Assembly (NCBI RefSeq): GCF_009914755.1
Contig: NC_060936.1
Reading direction: 5' to 3' (one strand)
DNA: 64,000 nucleotides
From: the human T2T-CHM13v2.0 reference genome, Homo sapiens
Part shown: positions 47,873 to 63,245 of the stretch, piece by piece
Numbering within the stretch: position 1 is the first letter of the stretch
Layout: each line of letters begins with the position of its first letter
Program-made: the position numbers and the translations under genes
Notes under the pieces: generated by a model
What the model was told of the DNA's origin: nothing
What the model saw: only the letters and a program-made list of their open reading frames with translations
Databases searched by the model: none

Positions 47873-50029
47873 CAATATAGTACATCTGTGCAGCAGTAGT
47901 TTTGCATGGTGGCTAAGAGCATAGACTCAAGAATTAAATTTCCTGTATCTAAATCCTGGCTTCACCACTTACTAGCTTTGTGCCATTGGACAAGTTACTT
48001 CTCCACTTGTGCCTTAGTTTTTTCTTATGTAAAGTGGGGATAATAACAAAATGCACCTCTTAAAGCTTTATAAGAAGTACATGGCTTAAAGCAAGGAAAG
48101 TGCTTAGGACAGTGGCAGGTGTACAGTAAGCACTCTATACATAGACCTCTTCTTGTTATGAAATCTGCAGTCATTACAAAACTGAGGTGGCGGGACATGG
48201 TGACACACAACTGTAGTCCCAGCTACTCAGGAGGCTGAGGCAGGAGGATCACTTGAGCCCAGGACTTTGAGGCTGCAGTGAGCCATGATTGCACCTGTGA
48301 CTAGCCTCTGCACTCCAGCCTGGCAGCATAGCAAGACCCTGTCTCTTTTAAGAAATTTTTTTTTTACTTAAAAATTTTTTTAATTAAAATTTTAAAATGA
48401 GGTGGAGCTGTATATGCTGATATGGAAAGATATGCTAAGGAAAAAAAGTACTAATTGCTTGCATTTTTAAAGAAGAGCGATGTAAGTACTTTTTCTATAG
48501 TTATAATTATAGGAAATTATAATTATAATAATTGTAACAAAATATACCCCCAAAAAGTATACAAGAAACTCTCAACAAGTTATTTGAGGGGAAAGGAATT
48601 AATGATGTAGGAGAAGGTGTAAGGGAGACTTTTGTTTTTGATTCTGTACCCCCTCCCATACTGCTTGAAGTTTTTAACCATGTTCATCCATACTTTAAAA
48701 TACATACATTTAATTTTTTGAAAGGCCATAGGAATAATCTTTGTTGCTCTTTATTGCCACCTAGGGGATGCTAGGGGCATTGCCTGCCATGATCACTCAT
48801 TGCTGTTAACCCTATTGACTATTTAATAATTGATTCCACCTTCTTGATTAGTACGTTACACCCAGCAAGTCATGGCTTCCAACTTTCAGATTTTTATTGA
48901 GTTTTGTAACAATAAGAAACATGGTTGGGAAATTGATGCTCTTTTGAAAAAAAAGAAAAGAAAAAACAAACATGGATTCGTAGTTAGAAAATTTTTTATT
49001 TTTTTAATTTTTATTTTTTAAAATATAATAAAGATGGGGTCTCGACAGCTTGCTCAGGCTGGTCTTAAACTCCCGGACTCAAGCTATCCTCCCGCCTCGG
49101 CCTCCCAAGCTGCTGAGAGCCACTGCATCTAGCCTAGAAAATTTAATAGATATTAAAACAATTGAACACCTAGTTTGTTCTCCCTCTCTGAATGACCATT
49201 CCAGCTTTATACTTATAATCTAGATCAGCCCAATCCATTGGCCCACCCAAAATGATTTCATCCCTCACTCAATGATCTGTCCGTGGTGGCTAAAATGTTG
49301 ACATCTGTCTGGTTGCCTGCATTTGAATGCTGGTTTCATGACTTTCTAGTTGTGTGACCTCGAATAAGTCACTTCATCTCTCTGAGCCTCATTTTCTCCT
49401 GAAAAATGCAAGTGGTAATAATAGTAGATCCCTCAAAGGACTGTTGGTGGCATTACATGAGTTCATACATCAAACACAATGCCGGGTGCATAATAAGGAT
49501 TGATAAACAACTTTCACTTTAACACCTACAATCTCCAAATCTCAACTTGATTGTCACTTCCTTCAGCAAGCCTCCTCTGACCTCAGGACTTGGTCACATC
49601 CTTCTCACTAGGTCACACTTCTCCTTCTTAGCGTTTGTCACAGAAGACTGTTGGATGATTGTTCGATTAATTTCTCTCTTCCCTACTAGATCGTAAACAC
49701 TCAGGACAGAGCCTGGGTTTGATTTTGCCCACAATTCTCTCCCCAGTGTCTACCACAGTGCCCGGTGGATAGGAGTTTTTGCCATGAAAAAGTTATTGAT
49801 AAAGAAATGAATTAATGCAATTAGAAAACTGAAGGCCTCTGAAAAAATCAATATTAACTAGAACAAGTGCCATGAACTAGTTAGGTTCTGATGGGCTAGA
49901 TGACATGAGTCATGAGACACTTACAGGGAAGGACAGGGTGCGGAGAGGTTTATTTTGTAAGACAGTTGCAGAAAATAAATTGGAAAAAAGATAAACTGTA
50001 CACCTCTACCATTTGTTCTAGGACTAACC

Positions 50030-50800
<771 letters not shown>

Positions 50801-51163
50801 ATCCCTGTTTTTTAAAAGTCTCCATGGTTCATCATATCAAGAAGAATGATAATCTCACAGTACCCTGGACCAGAAACCAAGACATAAGATCCAAATTATG
50901 ATCTATGACCACTAACTTTTTCTATAATTCAGCAAGCTATTGTCCCTCCTCATCTGTAACCTATGTGGTTGAACTAGGATTTTCATGCAATTAGTGTGTC
51001 TTGGGAGGTGTTTCTGAGTATTTATTTGGAAGGTGCTCCTAAAAAGAGATAAAGAAAAGGAAAGGAAGATAATCAATGAATTCCTTGATCCAATTACTGC
51101 TGTGGACATCTAGGGTGCATTTCCACTGGGGACCTCTGAGACACGGTAGGGAATATATCTTAG

Positions 51164-51792
51164 TTATACGAGAGCTAAAAAGAAATTATTTAGACAGTTA
51201 GTGAGGGTAAGAGAGTCCTCAGTAAGGTTTTTCTTTTAATAAAAACGCAGTCTCCAAATCATTTCTTTTTTTAACAAAAAGCAGCCTGAAAAATCAAGCT
51301 GCAAGCATAGATAAGCAAGCTAGAGGCTTGCATAGGTAAATACCAGCAGCTGTGCCAATAGAAAACAGATAGCTGGAAACCAGGTATATTCAACATGGAG
51401 GTTCCCTCTTCCCTTTTCTTTGTTGCCACGTGTGCAGATAACATGGCACCAGCCAGGTTTTTTAAAATTCCATTTGCATAATAAAAGATTAGAGTGGGAT
51501 GACCAGCCTCTTCACGGGCTATGAAAATGGCACATCTGGTCCAACCAATCCACTACACCCCATGTAAATCATATACCATCTCCTCACGCTCATCCCTAAA
51601 ACCAACCACACCTTGCCCCAAACCAGGGAAACCCACTCAGGACCCCTTCTTCTGCATGAGGAAGCTCTCTTCCTTCTTTCATCTATTTAACTTTCCACTC
51701 TTAAACCCACTCCTTGCATGGCCATGTCTTCAATTTCCTTAGCATGAGACATCGAACCTCGGGTGTTACCCCAGAAAAATGACGCTGCTTCA
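51164..51792 (+). mobile_element. LTR9-like ERV1 solo LTR
   Basis: aaagaaattatttagacagttagtgagggta...gaacctcgggtgttaccccag...gctgcttca; 4-bp TSD TTAG. Confidence 0.8.
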
Positions 51793-52143
51793 TTAGAGTT
51801 AGCACATCCAAGGGGCAAGGGAACTGGCTCCTCTGTGGTTGGCTGAGGGCTTCTCTCAGGGTGTCTTCTCTGGTCCCCTTGGGTTCCCACTTGTGTCGAC
51901 AAAGCTTTCTCCAGAAGGCCCTCAGAGTTGCACCTGCTCACAGTTAGGAAGTTTGGGGCATGCGCAGAAGGGCACATGCAGATGGGGTATGATGGTCCCA
52001 ACAGCATATGTTAAAGTGATTATGAAACTTTGATATTCAAATCCCTGGGAGCTTACATTTTAAAGAGATGAGACAGAGACAGACTTCCTCTCATTGTTTT
52101 CACCTCCGTTGGATCTTTGCCTGGATACTGCTTTAGTTTGTCA

Positions 52144-52615
<472 letters not shown>

Positions 52616-53044
52616 CTATTTATTTAAAAAAAACTTTATTGAAAATAAAATAAAGATACAGGAAACTACACAAAAGAAATGTATGGCTTAGTAAGTTACT
52701 ACAAGGCAAACATGTTAATAATTACCAACCCAGGTCAAGAAACAGAATTTTCTCAGACAACCTAAAAGTCACAAAATGAGGCTATTTGCCAATTAAGGTT
52801 GTAGACCAAATGCTGTAGAATGAACTTCTTTTAATTCTATGTTGATGACTCTCTGTCACAATATTCACATCTCAGTGCAAAGAGAACACAAGAATGTCTA
52901 GCAAGAAAAGATGGACAAGTTTCTCAAACATTGGCAGTGTTACTTACATTGGCTAGGCAAAATTCAGAAGGCCTGGTGGAAATCTGGTTAAGCCCTAAAA
53001 GTAAGCTTGTAATTCTATCCTAGCAGCCCACACACATTTGAGTC

Positions 53045-53850
53045 TGTCTTAGTCAGCTCAGACTGCTATAACAAATCATCAACTGGGTGGCTTAAACAAC
53101 AGAGATTTACTTCTCCCAGGTCCGAAAGCTGGAAGTCTAATATCAGTGATATAATTTGGATACTTTTCCCCCTAAATCTTACACTGAAATGTAATCCCAT
53201 GTTGGAGGTGAGGCCTCCAACATGGTGGGAGGTGACTGCATCATGGAGGTGGACTTCTCATGAATAGTGTAGCACCATCGTCTTGGTGCTGCCCTCACAA
53301 GATCTGGTTGTTTAAAAGCGTGCGGCACCTCCTCCCACTTTTTTTCTTACTCCCACTCTTGCCATGTGATACATCAATACATCGGCTCCCCCTTGGCTTC
53401 CTGAGGCCTCACCAGAAGCAAGCAGATACCCAGAGCCATGCTTGCTGTACAGCCTACAGAACCATAAGCCAAGTAAACCTCTTTTCTTTATAACTTACTC
53501 AACCTCAAATATTTCTTTATAGCAATACAAGAATGGCCTAATACAATCAGGGTGCCAGGATGGTTGATGTGTGGTGAGGGCTCTTTCCCTGAGTTGCAGA
53601 TGGCCGCCTTCTTGCTTTGTCATCACATGGCCTTTCCATTGAGCATGGGCGTGAATAGACAGCATGCGAGCAAGCTCTCCAGCGTCTCTTCTTCCCATAA
53701 GTACCCTGATCTCATCATGGGGGCCCCACTCTCATGAGCTCATCTAACCCTAATTACCCCTTGAAGGCCCCACCTCCAAACATTATAAAATTGGGAGTGG
53801 GAGTGCAAATGTATGAATTTTGGGGGGATACAATTTAGTCTACAGCATAG
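53045..53850. mobile_element. MLT1-type LTR (-) interrupted by an MST LTR (~53147-53546, +)
   Basis: tgtcttagtc...ggcttaaacaacagag and tgatataatttgg...cctaataca; ATCAG flanks the inner LTR. Confidence 0.75.
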
Positions 53851-56800
53851 TCCAAATGTGAAATTTCTTCCTCCAGCTACCGATGTTTAGTGAGAACACT
53901 GCCTGTTCTCACCACATGTGCATATGTGTGTGGACTCTTTCCTCTGGAGGGCAAGAACTTGGTTTTGTTCACTGTTGTAACCAAGAGTTACAACAGTGCC
54001 TGGCTCATAATTGGCACTCAATATTGCCATTGAGTTATTTGTGATCAGAGCCCTGGCTGTTCTTAGATGGGGAGGGTTCTTCAGAACAGTACAAATGTTT
54101 GTAGACAGGCCAGCTGGGGAACCAAAGGTCTTTTTGATGAGGTGCCATGACCATGATGTAGTGGGGAGTGGCCAGGTGATCCAGAATTCAGTCTCAGTAT
54201 GACCTATGATCATCTGAGTGACCTCAGGCAAAACTGTTCGATCTCTGGGACTTAGACTCTTCCTTATATAAAACAAATGGGTTGGTCAGTTCAGAAGTGC
54301 TATACTGATTCTAATCCATCCTATGGAGGAGGCCCCAAAACATTATCCTTAACCCTTTTAATCATAAATTTAAGGATAAATGAGATTTTATCTCACTCTG
54401 GGTGACTTTTAAGGACTTGAAAACCTACTTCTTTTTGTGCTTGGAGCTGGAGTGAATTTGAAGCCAGGGTTGCGGGGGTGGGGGAGGGGTACTCCTAGCT
54501 GTGGCTGTGTTAAAATTGCCCTGGTTTGTTTGGGGGAGAATCTAGGGTATTTATCATTTGTCTTTGCCCTGGTGCCAGACAGACAGCAGTGAGTAGATGA
54601 TGCCTTTTACACAGCAATGTGCTAACAGTTATACTTCCTGGCACACCTCCAGCCCCCAAGATGGAATGGTCTGACATCCATATCAGCAGAGAATCAGAGA
54701 AAGATGAGACGCTCTGATGCTTAGGAAAGTCACAAACCATTGTTACACAGATAAGTAACACAAAATGACCCAAGAGAGACACAGCTGGGACCCAAGTAGA
54801 CACTTGTAATTGGCGAGTCTACCCTACCCATGATTTTCAATATGGGGTCAATAGCTGATAGATACCAATGTTAGTTTCTTTGTCATGAAATCTTGATACA
54901 ATGTGGTAAGAGTTTCCAATCAGCAGTTGGTGGCATCCTCAGGATATTGTTGATTGTATTTGACATCAAGGGCCACCCATGCTTTCACTGTTATCTTATT
55001 CAAGCTAGTGCAGATGTCTTAAAACTTTCTTCATGCATCAAAGCATCTGCATAGCTCAGATAAAGAATCCACAGCTCATGTGTTCTTTCTTATCTCTCCG
55101 GCTGTTTGGGAGAGATTTCAAAACTCAACACCCCACTGTCTCATGTAACCAAGTCAGGGCCACTATTAGAAAAGCAGCTCAAAGAAGATATCCTGGGTCA
55201 TCCACAGTATCTTAGCTTATTTAATTCAGCAAGCACATTCAACATTTCTGATTATACTGAATACATTCAAATTCTCAGTCATCAGCTTCAGGAAGACCCT
55301 CCTGGCTCCCATCCCTTTTCCTGGCTCCCATCCCTTTTCCTGGCCTGGCTTAAGTCCCTTCTGGGCTCCCACAGGATCCCTTACCTAGCTATATTATTGC
55401 TTTTCTGTGGGTCGGTGCCAGCCTGTACTGTATTAATTCCTTTGGGGCTGGAACCATATCTTATTTTTTTAAATTAAAAAGTAGTACATCCTCACAATAG
55501 AAAACTTTTCAAATACAGAACTATATAAATGAAAAGTGAAAGTCCCTTTTCTGTCTGCTCCTATTTGCAATCTCCCTCCTCTCCCCACAGAAGACCACTA
55601 TTAACAATGTGTTGTATACCCTTCCAGAACTTTCCATTTGCTAGCCTAATAGTGCTAATAAAAGTGTTAACAGTTATTGAGTGTTTACTAAGAGTCAAGT
55701 GCTATGCTCAGCATTTTTATGCACGTTCCCAATTAATTCACAAAACAAGCCTATGAAGTAGGTGTTATTTTTGTTCCCATTTCACAAAAGAAGAGACTAA
55801 GGTGACAGTTACTAAATGGTAAAGCCAGAATCTGAACATGGCCAGGCTGAATTCAGAGCTCCTGCCCTTGAACTTGTTCTCTCACTTGCTTCCGGACCTT
55901 GCAATATCATAGACACTTCCCCATAGTGACCTAAAAATGGTTTCTCCCTTTTTAAAAGTTGCTTGGTATTCTACAAAATGAATGTATTCCATTCATTTTG
56001 CCATTCTCCTACTGAACAACTTTTAGGATTTTGTAGTTTTTCATTTCCTTATTTCACCAAGTGTAAGATTCCATTATTGTAAAAAGCATCCAGTTTCAGA
56101 AATTAAAATATATGGGGGCATGGGGGGTGACAAGTGCATCTTAGAATATATTTTTGCATGTAAATATTTTGTAGATAATGCTTGTAAATAATTTTCATGT
56201 GTGTATTTCTGCACAAGTTTCCTAGGAGTAAAATTGTGTGTCAAAATGAAGGTGCATTTTTAAATTTTGATGCATACTGCTGAATTCCCCCCAGGAAACC
56301 TTATCTTAGTCATCTTGTGTTCCTCATTTCCTTAGCACAATGTCTGGTACTTTTTTAGGTACTAAATAAATGTTCAGTGGGTGAAATGCATGACCTGACC
56401 CGGCAAATGCAAAGTATTTTGAGATATTCACACACCAAAAAACCCACAAAATATGACAATGACTGACAATGAGAAGATGAGAATATTTTACTACCGTATT
56501 TGTATGCACTTCTTGTTGAAGCACTGACCAGAGTAAATGACAAACGCTAATGCATCTTATGCAGAAGGATGTTTCCGAAGTGATTACAAGATATCTTGCA
56601 AAATTACCTATCAAAAGATTGCACACTCAATAAAAATACACGAATAACTCCAGCATTTTACAACCCCCAACCTACTAGACATAAGAAATTTCCAGAGATC
56701 TTATGGTCTGCCATTTTTTCAAATACCTGCAAGACTGCCTGCACCCCCGACCCTAATCTGTAGAAATCATGATTCTGCAGGTCTGCAGTGGGGGATGCAT

Positions 56801-57301
56801 TTAACAAGCGCTCCAGGTTAACCTAATGCACTGTAAAGCGTGAGAACACGTGCATTAAAAGGGCTTTAAGAAGTGGAGTTTCTGAATCAGATTTGCATTT
56901 TAGAAAGATCCCTCTGGCTGCAGAGTGTAGAATCAACTATAAGTGAGCAAAGATAGCTAAATGGCATTATTCAGCCCAGCGCATGAACGGCTCAGATTGC
57001 CCGCGCGCTGGGGTGCCCCCTGCCGGCCCTCGGCAGCGCCTCGTCCTGGGCCTGGCCCTGGGCGGCCGGCTGCTGACTGCGACTGCGCGCTCCGAGGCCT
57101 GCAGAGACGGCCCGGGGCACCTGTTACCGCACCGCTCAAGACCGGAAGCGGAAATGGAATCGAGATAGCCTCGCGCGTTTAGCCGGCCGCCGCCACCTCC
57201 ACGCCCTAGGCCGGGCCGACTTACGGAGTCGCCGGAAGCGGAAGTCGCTGAGGGGTGGTGAAGCGGTTGGGAAAGTGTCGGTTTATCTTCGCGCCCCTTG
57301 C

Positions 57302-57321
57302 GTTCTTGCCGCGGCTTGCCT
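57302..57321 (+). promoter_or_regulatory. p53 response element in the PRKAB1 5' UTR region
   Basis: GTTCTTGCCG-CGGCTTGCCT: two adjacent half-sites with intact CWWG cores and zero spacer. PRKAB1 is an established p53 target. Confidence 0.7.
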
Positions 57322-57526
57322 GGGCAGGTAAAGCGCGATTGCGAGAGCTCGGCAACCCTGCCGACTCAGCCGGAACCGGCTCCCGGCCCGAGGGGCGTGG
57401 TGTCCTGGTGCTCCGACTCCTTCCGCAGGCTCCTTGGGACCCGCGGTTCCGGGAGTCCCTTGCTCAGGGTCCCTTTCCTGCAGTGAGGCGCCGTCCGCCT
57501 TCCCTGTGTCCCCGCAGACCCCCATC

Positions 57527-57685
57527 ATGGGCAATACCAGCAGTGAGCGCGCCGCGCTGGAGCGGCATGGTGGCCATAAGACGCCCCGGAGGGACAGCTC
57601 GGGGGGCACCAAGGACGGGGACAGGCCCAAGATCCTGATGGACAGCCCCGAAGACGCCGACCTCTTCCACTCCGAGGAAATCAAG
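57527..57685 (+). CDS. PRKAB1: AMPK beta-1 first coding exon (aa 1-53, N-myristoylation motif MGNTSS)
   Basis: Kozak atcATGG. Translates MGNTSSERAALERHGGHKTPRRDSSGGTKDGDRPKILMDSPEDADLFHSEEIK; 159 nt; donor AAG|GTGCG. Confidence 0.98.
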
Positions 57686-58226
57686 GTGCGAGCGGTGTGG
57701 AGGAACCCGATTCCCCTTGACTAATGTTGAGGAGAGGAACCCTCCACTAGATTCCCGTCACATCCTTTCGAAAAACACCAGAACGGAGAGGGAGGTGGTA
57801 CATTACCCGGTGCACTTAAAAGCCAGATGGTCCTGTAAGAGTTCTCTTAGCGGTCCAAGAACCTGTGTCTAATTACCAATATGAGAAAGTCACCCTGAGG
57901 GAGGAGGTGCTCACTTGGTTTAACATCATTAAGGAGAAAGCAGCTCTGGGACAGAGTTTCAAATTCTTAATTAATTCAGAGTCGAGCTAACAGTAATTGA
58001 GCCCCAGCTTCTGCTTTTCTCTTAGGTGTAATTAATTGCACTGCTTTGAGACAAATTCCCTCACCTTTACACAAACTGGAGCTTTTGTAAAAGTTAGTTT
58101 GGGAATTTATCCATTTTGGAGGCAAACCAGGTACATATACAAGCTGAAAGTAGAGCGGAACAGCTGACGGCAGTTGCCAGAGGTGTTTAGTTCTGCCCAA
58201 CACTTTTGATTCACCCTACTTATTTT

Positions 58227-59156
<930 letters not shown>

Positions 59157-60537
59157 TCACCCTGCTTTTTTTTAAAGCGTACATAGAAAAGTCTTTCAGC
59201 TTCTAGAGGTCAGTGGGCGGTGAGGGTCTGTCTGAAGGAGGCAGCCAGCAGCTACTGAACTTCTCTCTAGTGTTGTTTAAATATGACTTAATCGTGCTTA
59301 AGCAGGCCAGTGCAAACATTTTTCTTCCTGCTGCAGCCTGTTTAAATTCAAAAACTCAGGTGACTTAACTCCTGCTTCAACCACACTCCTGTTAACCACC
59401 TTCATATGGTGGATATTTCCAGCCGCAGGGCTCAGTCCAAGGACACTTAGTGATTCTGGCAGCTGGTATTTATGTGTTATGTCCAAAAGGAACTAATTGT
59501 TTCAAGGAACAAAGTAGGTTTAGGAAAGATAAAGCTGCCCTCTGCCCAACATACCCTGTTAGTATCCAATTTCATGTTAATCATCATCCATTTAATTGCT
59601 TGGCAGCTCATTCCATCTGTGTTTGTCCTCATGTTGAGCGAGGTGATCACATCTCACACCTTCTTTTGGATCTTAGTTTTGAGCCTGACTACAAAGAGGC
59701 TGCTTTTATGTGGCCCTACAACCTGTGGTTTGAACTTGCTCTCTGAATTTGTTGCATTCTTGAAGAGCTGTGTGCAAAGTGAACTTTAGAATCATGTTTC
59801 TCTAATGACTTGACGTCCTTTCCCCAGGAGGTAATTTTGGTCCCTGGTCCCAAGAAGGCTATTTAAGACACCAAAGGAATCAAAACTACTTTCTTCAGAA
59901 GTATTTGTTCTGTTACTATTCCAAAACTCCTCCAGGAAATGTTGAGCACACACATCATCTATGGGGAATGATTTCAAGCAGCGTCCATTCTCACTTCATT
60001 AGAAGTTACTGAAATCCCCAGATACCAAAAAAGTCGTGAATTCTTTTAACTACACTAGGGTGCTATTTTGGTCATAATTAGTTATCCTTAGTGTGAAGTG
60101 ATTCCAGTCTGTTATTTAATATGTAGATCTTGTTAGAATTCAAAGAATACAGGCATCATTTGGATAAGCTGAGGTCGGTATTTGAGATGAAGGTGCTAGA
60201 AGCCTGCTTAACTCCCTGAAGAGTCTTTTCCAGCCTGAACCTTCTGCTCTTTTTAAGTCTTTGGCTTCTGACTGGGAAAAAATCTAAAAGGTGCATGACT
60301 ACATATGTCATCCAGATAGATTTGGATGAGTTTATTTCTTATTCTGGAATACCTCAGTTATACGGAGCTTACCACACTGGAGGTTATCATTTATCCTAAT
60401 GAGGGTTCAGTCTTTGTCTTGCTTTATTCCCCAGTCCCTAGACAGAACTTTGTGAGTAGTTTTTCCCTTCCTCAAAATCTGGATTTGCCTATTTTCAAGT
60501 TGACAGCTCTAGAATTGTTCCTCTTAAATTTTCATGT

Positions 60538-61210
60538 ACAGTCATACATCACTTAATGACAGGGACATATTCTGAGAAATACATCATTAGGTGATTTTAT
60601 CATTGTGTGAACATCATAGAGTGTACTTACACAAACCTAGTCTGTTCTCATGCTACTATGTAGAAATACCCGAGACTGGGTAATTTATAAAGAAAAGAGG
60701 TTTAATTGACTCAGTTCCGCATGGCTGGGGAGGCCTTAGGAAACTTACAATCATGGTAAAAGGCACCTCTTCACAGGACGGCAGAAGAGAATGAGAGCAA
60801 GCAGGGGAAATGCCAGATGCTTATAAAACCATCAGATCTCATGAGACTCACTCACTGTCAGAGAACAGCATGGGGAAACCGCCCCCATGATCGATACCTC
60901 CACCTGGTCCTGCCCTTGACACGTGGGGATTATGGGGATTACAATTCAAGGTGAGATTTGGGTGGGGACGCAGAGCCAAACCGTATCACCTAGTCTATAT
61001 GGTGTAACCTGTTGCTTATGGACTATAAACCTGTACAGCATGTTATTCTACTGAATACTGTAGACACTTATTCCACAAGTATATTTAAGGATTTGTGTAC
61101 TTAAATGTATCTAAACATAGAAAAGATAACAATAAAAATATGGTATAATCTTATGGGACTACCATATACACAGTCCGTCGTTGACTAAGACATCATGCAC
61201 ATGACTGTAC
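60538..61210. mobile_element. Tigger/MER47-like DNA transposon interrupted by a THE1/MST LTR (~60641-60988, -)
   Basis: TA-flanked inverted ends tacagtcat...atgactgta; CCTAG flanks the inner LTR. Confidence 0.8.
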
Positions 61211-61582
61211 TTCAAATCTTGCTTGATTAAGGGAGGAACATGACATTAAGCTAGTCTTGGATTCGTAGTAGCCCCTTCCAAGTGTGTTTCATAGCTTCTT
61301 CTAGAATTTTGATGTCAACTTCTTTAATGACAACAATAGCTAATAATTAGCACTCACTGTGTCAGACACTATATAGAGCACTTACATGGACTGTCTCAGT
61401 CTTCACAACCTTAAAAAATATATTTCTATTTTGCAGGCAAGGAAACTGAGGCACCACTAGTAAGTTTCCGATCCTAACCATGAACCAAGATAGTAACAGC
61501 TGCGTCTTTAGAATGAATTGTCAATATTGTCTGTTGTAGGGAGCTCGCTTATGGCTTTCTGAGTAAACTGCTCTGCTTCTAG

Positions 61583-61746
61583 GCACCAGAGAAGGAGGAA
61601 TTCCTGGCCTGGCAGCATGATCTGGAAGTGAATGATAAAGCTCCCGCCCAGGCTCGGCCAACGGTGTTTCGATGGACGGGGGGCGGAAAGGAAGTTTACT
61701 TATCTGGGTCCTTCAACAACTGGAGTAAACTTCCCCTCACCAGAAG
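61583..61746 (+). CDS. PRKAB1: AMPK beta-1 coding exon 2 (aa 54-108, start of carbohydrate-binding module)
   Basis: Acceptor ttctAG|, donor |GTAATT. Translates APEKEEFLAWQHDLEVNDKAPAQARPTVFRWTGGGKEVYLSGSFNNWSKLPLTR+AG; 164 nt; W100 in place. Confidence 0.98.
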
Positions 61747-62228
61747 GTAATTGCCTGGGGAGTGTTCACATATTTGTCTTAACATAAATTCTCTTCTTTC
61801 TAAAACATCTCTGAGAGAGAACAGAAAATGGATGTTTCTATAAAATGGATGCCTAGTGGAAAAATAATTTTGCTTAATAAGTCTTAAGGTTCAAATGTTA
61901 AACCTTGGTGGTCTCTAGGTTTAGAGTACAGAAGAAAGAGAATATTTCTGTGTCACAGACATCTTTCACTTCAGATCCTCAGCTATCTGTTCGGTCAGGA
62001 CTTTTCCACAGAAACACAAAAATCTGTCTTAATGCAGTAAGGGAGCACTGGGCTGGAATCTTAGAAACCCACATTTGAGCCCACATTGGCCATGCTGTCA
62101 GTCACCTAACGTTAGTTAACCTGAGCCTCAGCGTTCGTTTCTGTAAAGAGGGAATATTGGACCAGATCATCTCTGAGGTTTCATCTAACTTTGACTCTGC
62201 GTAATACTTTGTTTGAAAAGTACATGTT

Positions 62229-62525
62229 GGCTGGGCATGGGGGCTCATGCCTATGATCTCAGCACTTTTGGGGGCTGAGGCAGGAGGATTGCTTGAGGCT
62301 AGGAGTTCAAGACCAGCCTGGGCAACATAGTGAGACCCCCATCTCTACAAAAAAATTAAAAATTAGCTGGACATGGTGGTGCACACCTGTATCCCCAGCT
62401 ACTCGGGAGGCTGAGATGGGAGGATTGTTTGAGCCTGAGAGGTCAGTGCTGTAGTGAGCAGTGGTTGCACCACTGCACTCCAGCCTGGGCAACAGAGCAA
62501 GACTTTGTCTCCAAAAAGAAAAGAA
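62229..62525 (+). mobile_element. AluJ-like in PRKAB1 intron 2
   Basis: Alu consensus. Confidence 0.88.
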
Positions 62526-63245
62526 AAATACATGCTATGTAGGTGTCATTAGCAAGGATTATAGTAAGACATTTTATCAGGAACCCCAGCATGGACTTCT
62601 GTCTTAAGTTGTCAGTGAGAGAACACCTTTAGTGAGTATTCTTGATAAAATGAGGGAGAAAGTGTCAGGCCTATTGTCAGGGGCTGCCTGCTTTCCAGCG
62701 TTTCCATTGGAGAAGGAGGGAGCCACTCAGCACAGCAGTCACAGGTCAGTTCAAGCCAGGGGACAAAACAACCCAGTGAAGGGGCTCTTCCGGAGTTTGG
62801 TTTTTCAGTCATTAGGCAAGTTTCTTTAGAGAACATTTGAGCTTCCTATTCAATTGATCCCTTCTCCTGCCCAAGGCAAAGTGACAAAGGGTAAAACGAG
62901 GCAGCTTCTGTTTATCTTGTGTTGTCATCCTCCTTGGCATCCAGGAGCCTTGCGAGCTTGAGACGCACAAATGCCTGACTGTTGACCTTTTAACATTAGG
63001 GATGTGGTTTCCTGGTATTTGAGTAAGGTGAGTTTTCAGGAAACTGTGTCGCACTGCTGCTTCCTTATAGCCTTTTCAGATTGAGGTCATTATGCTGAAT
63101 TGTCTAAATGGGCTAAAAATGTTTGTTCTCCTGCAGCTGAACTCTTGGTTTTATGTGGAAACGTTTTGTTCTGTAGCTGGTTTGGCAAGTAAGCTCGGGG
63201 GGCAGCCCACCCCACGGAAGTCCTCTGCTTCCTTTTTCCTTGCAG

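Larger units (their letters stand above)
56980..57720. promoter_or_regulatory. PRKAB1: CpG island / TATA-less promoter and first exon of PRKAB1
   Basis: The only CpG-dense non-Alu stretch in the window. Tandem ETS/GABP-type motifs ACCGGAAGCGGAAAT (57141-57155) and GCCGGAAGCGGAAGT (57231-57245). Confidence 0.92.

Noticed and set aside
56957-57684. Overlapping ORFs on both strands in the CpG island
   Set aside because: Expected from stop-codon scarcity in GC-rich DNA; only the ATG 57527 frame matches a known protein.
63137-63188. Cassette micro-exon using CAA|GTAAGC at 63189
   Set aside because: It would leave only a 57-nt intron before exon 3, below the usual human minimum. The acceptors are kept only as possible exon extensions.
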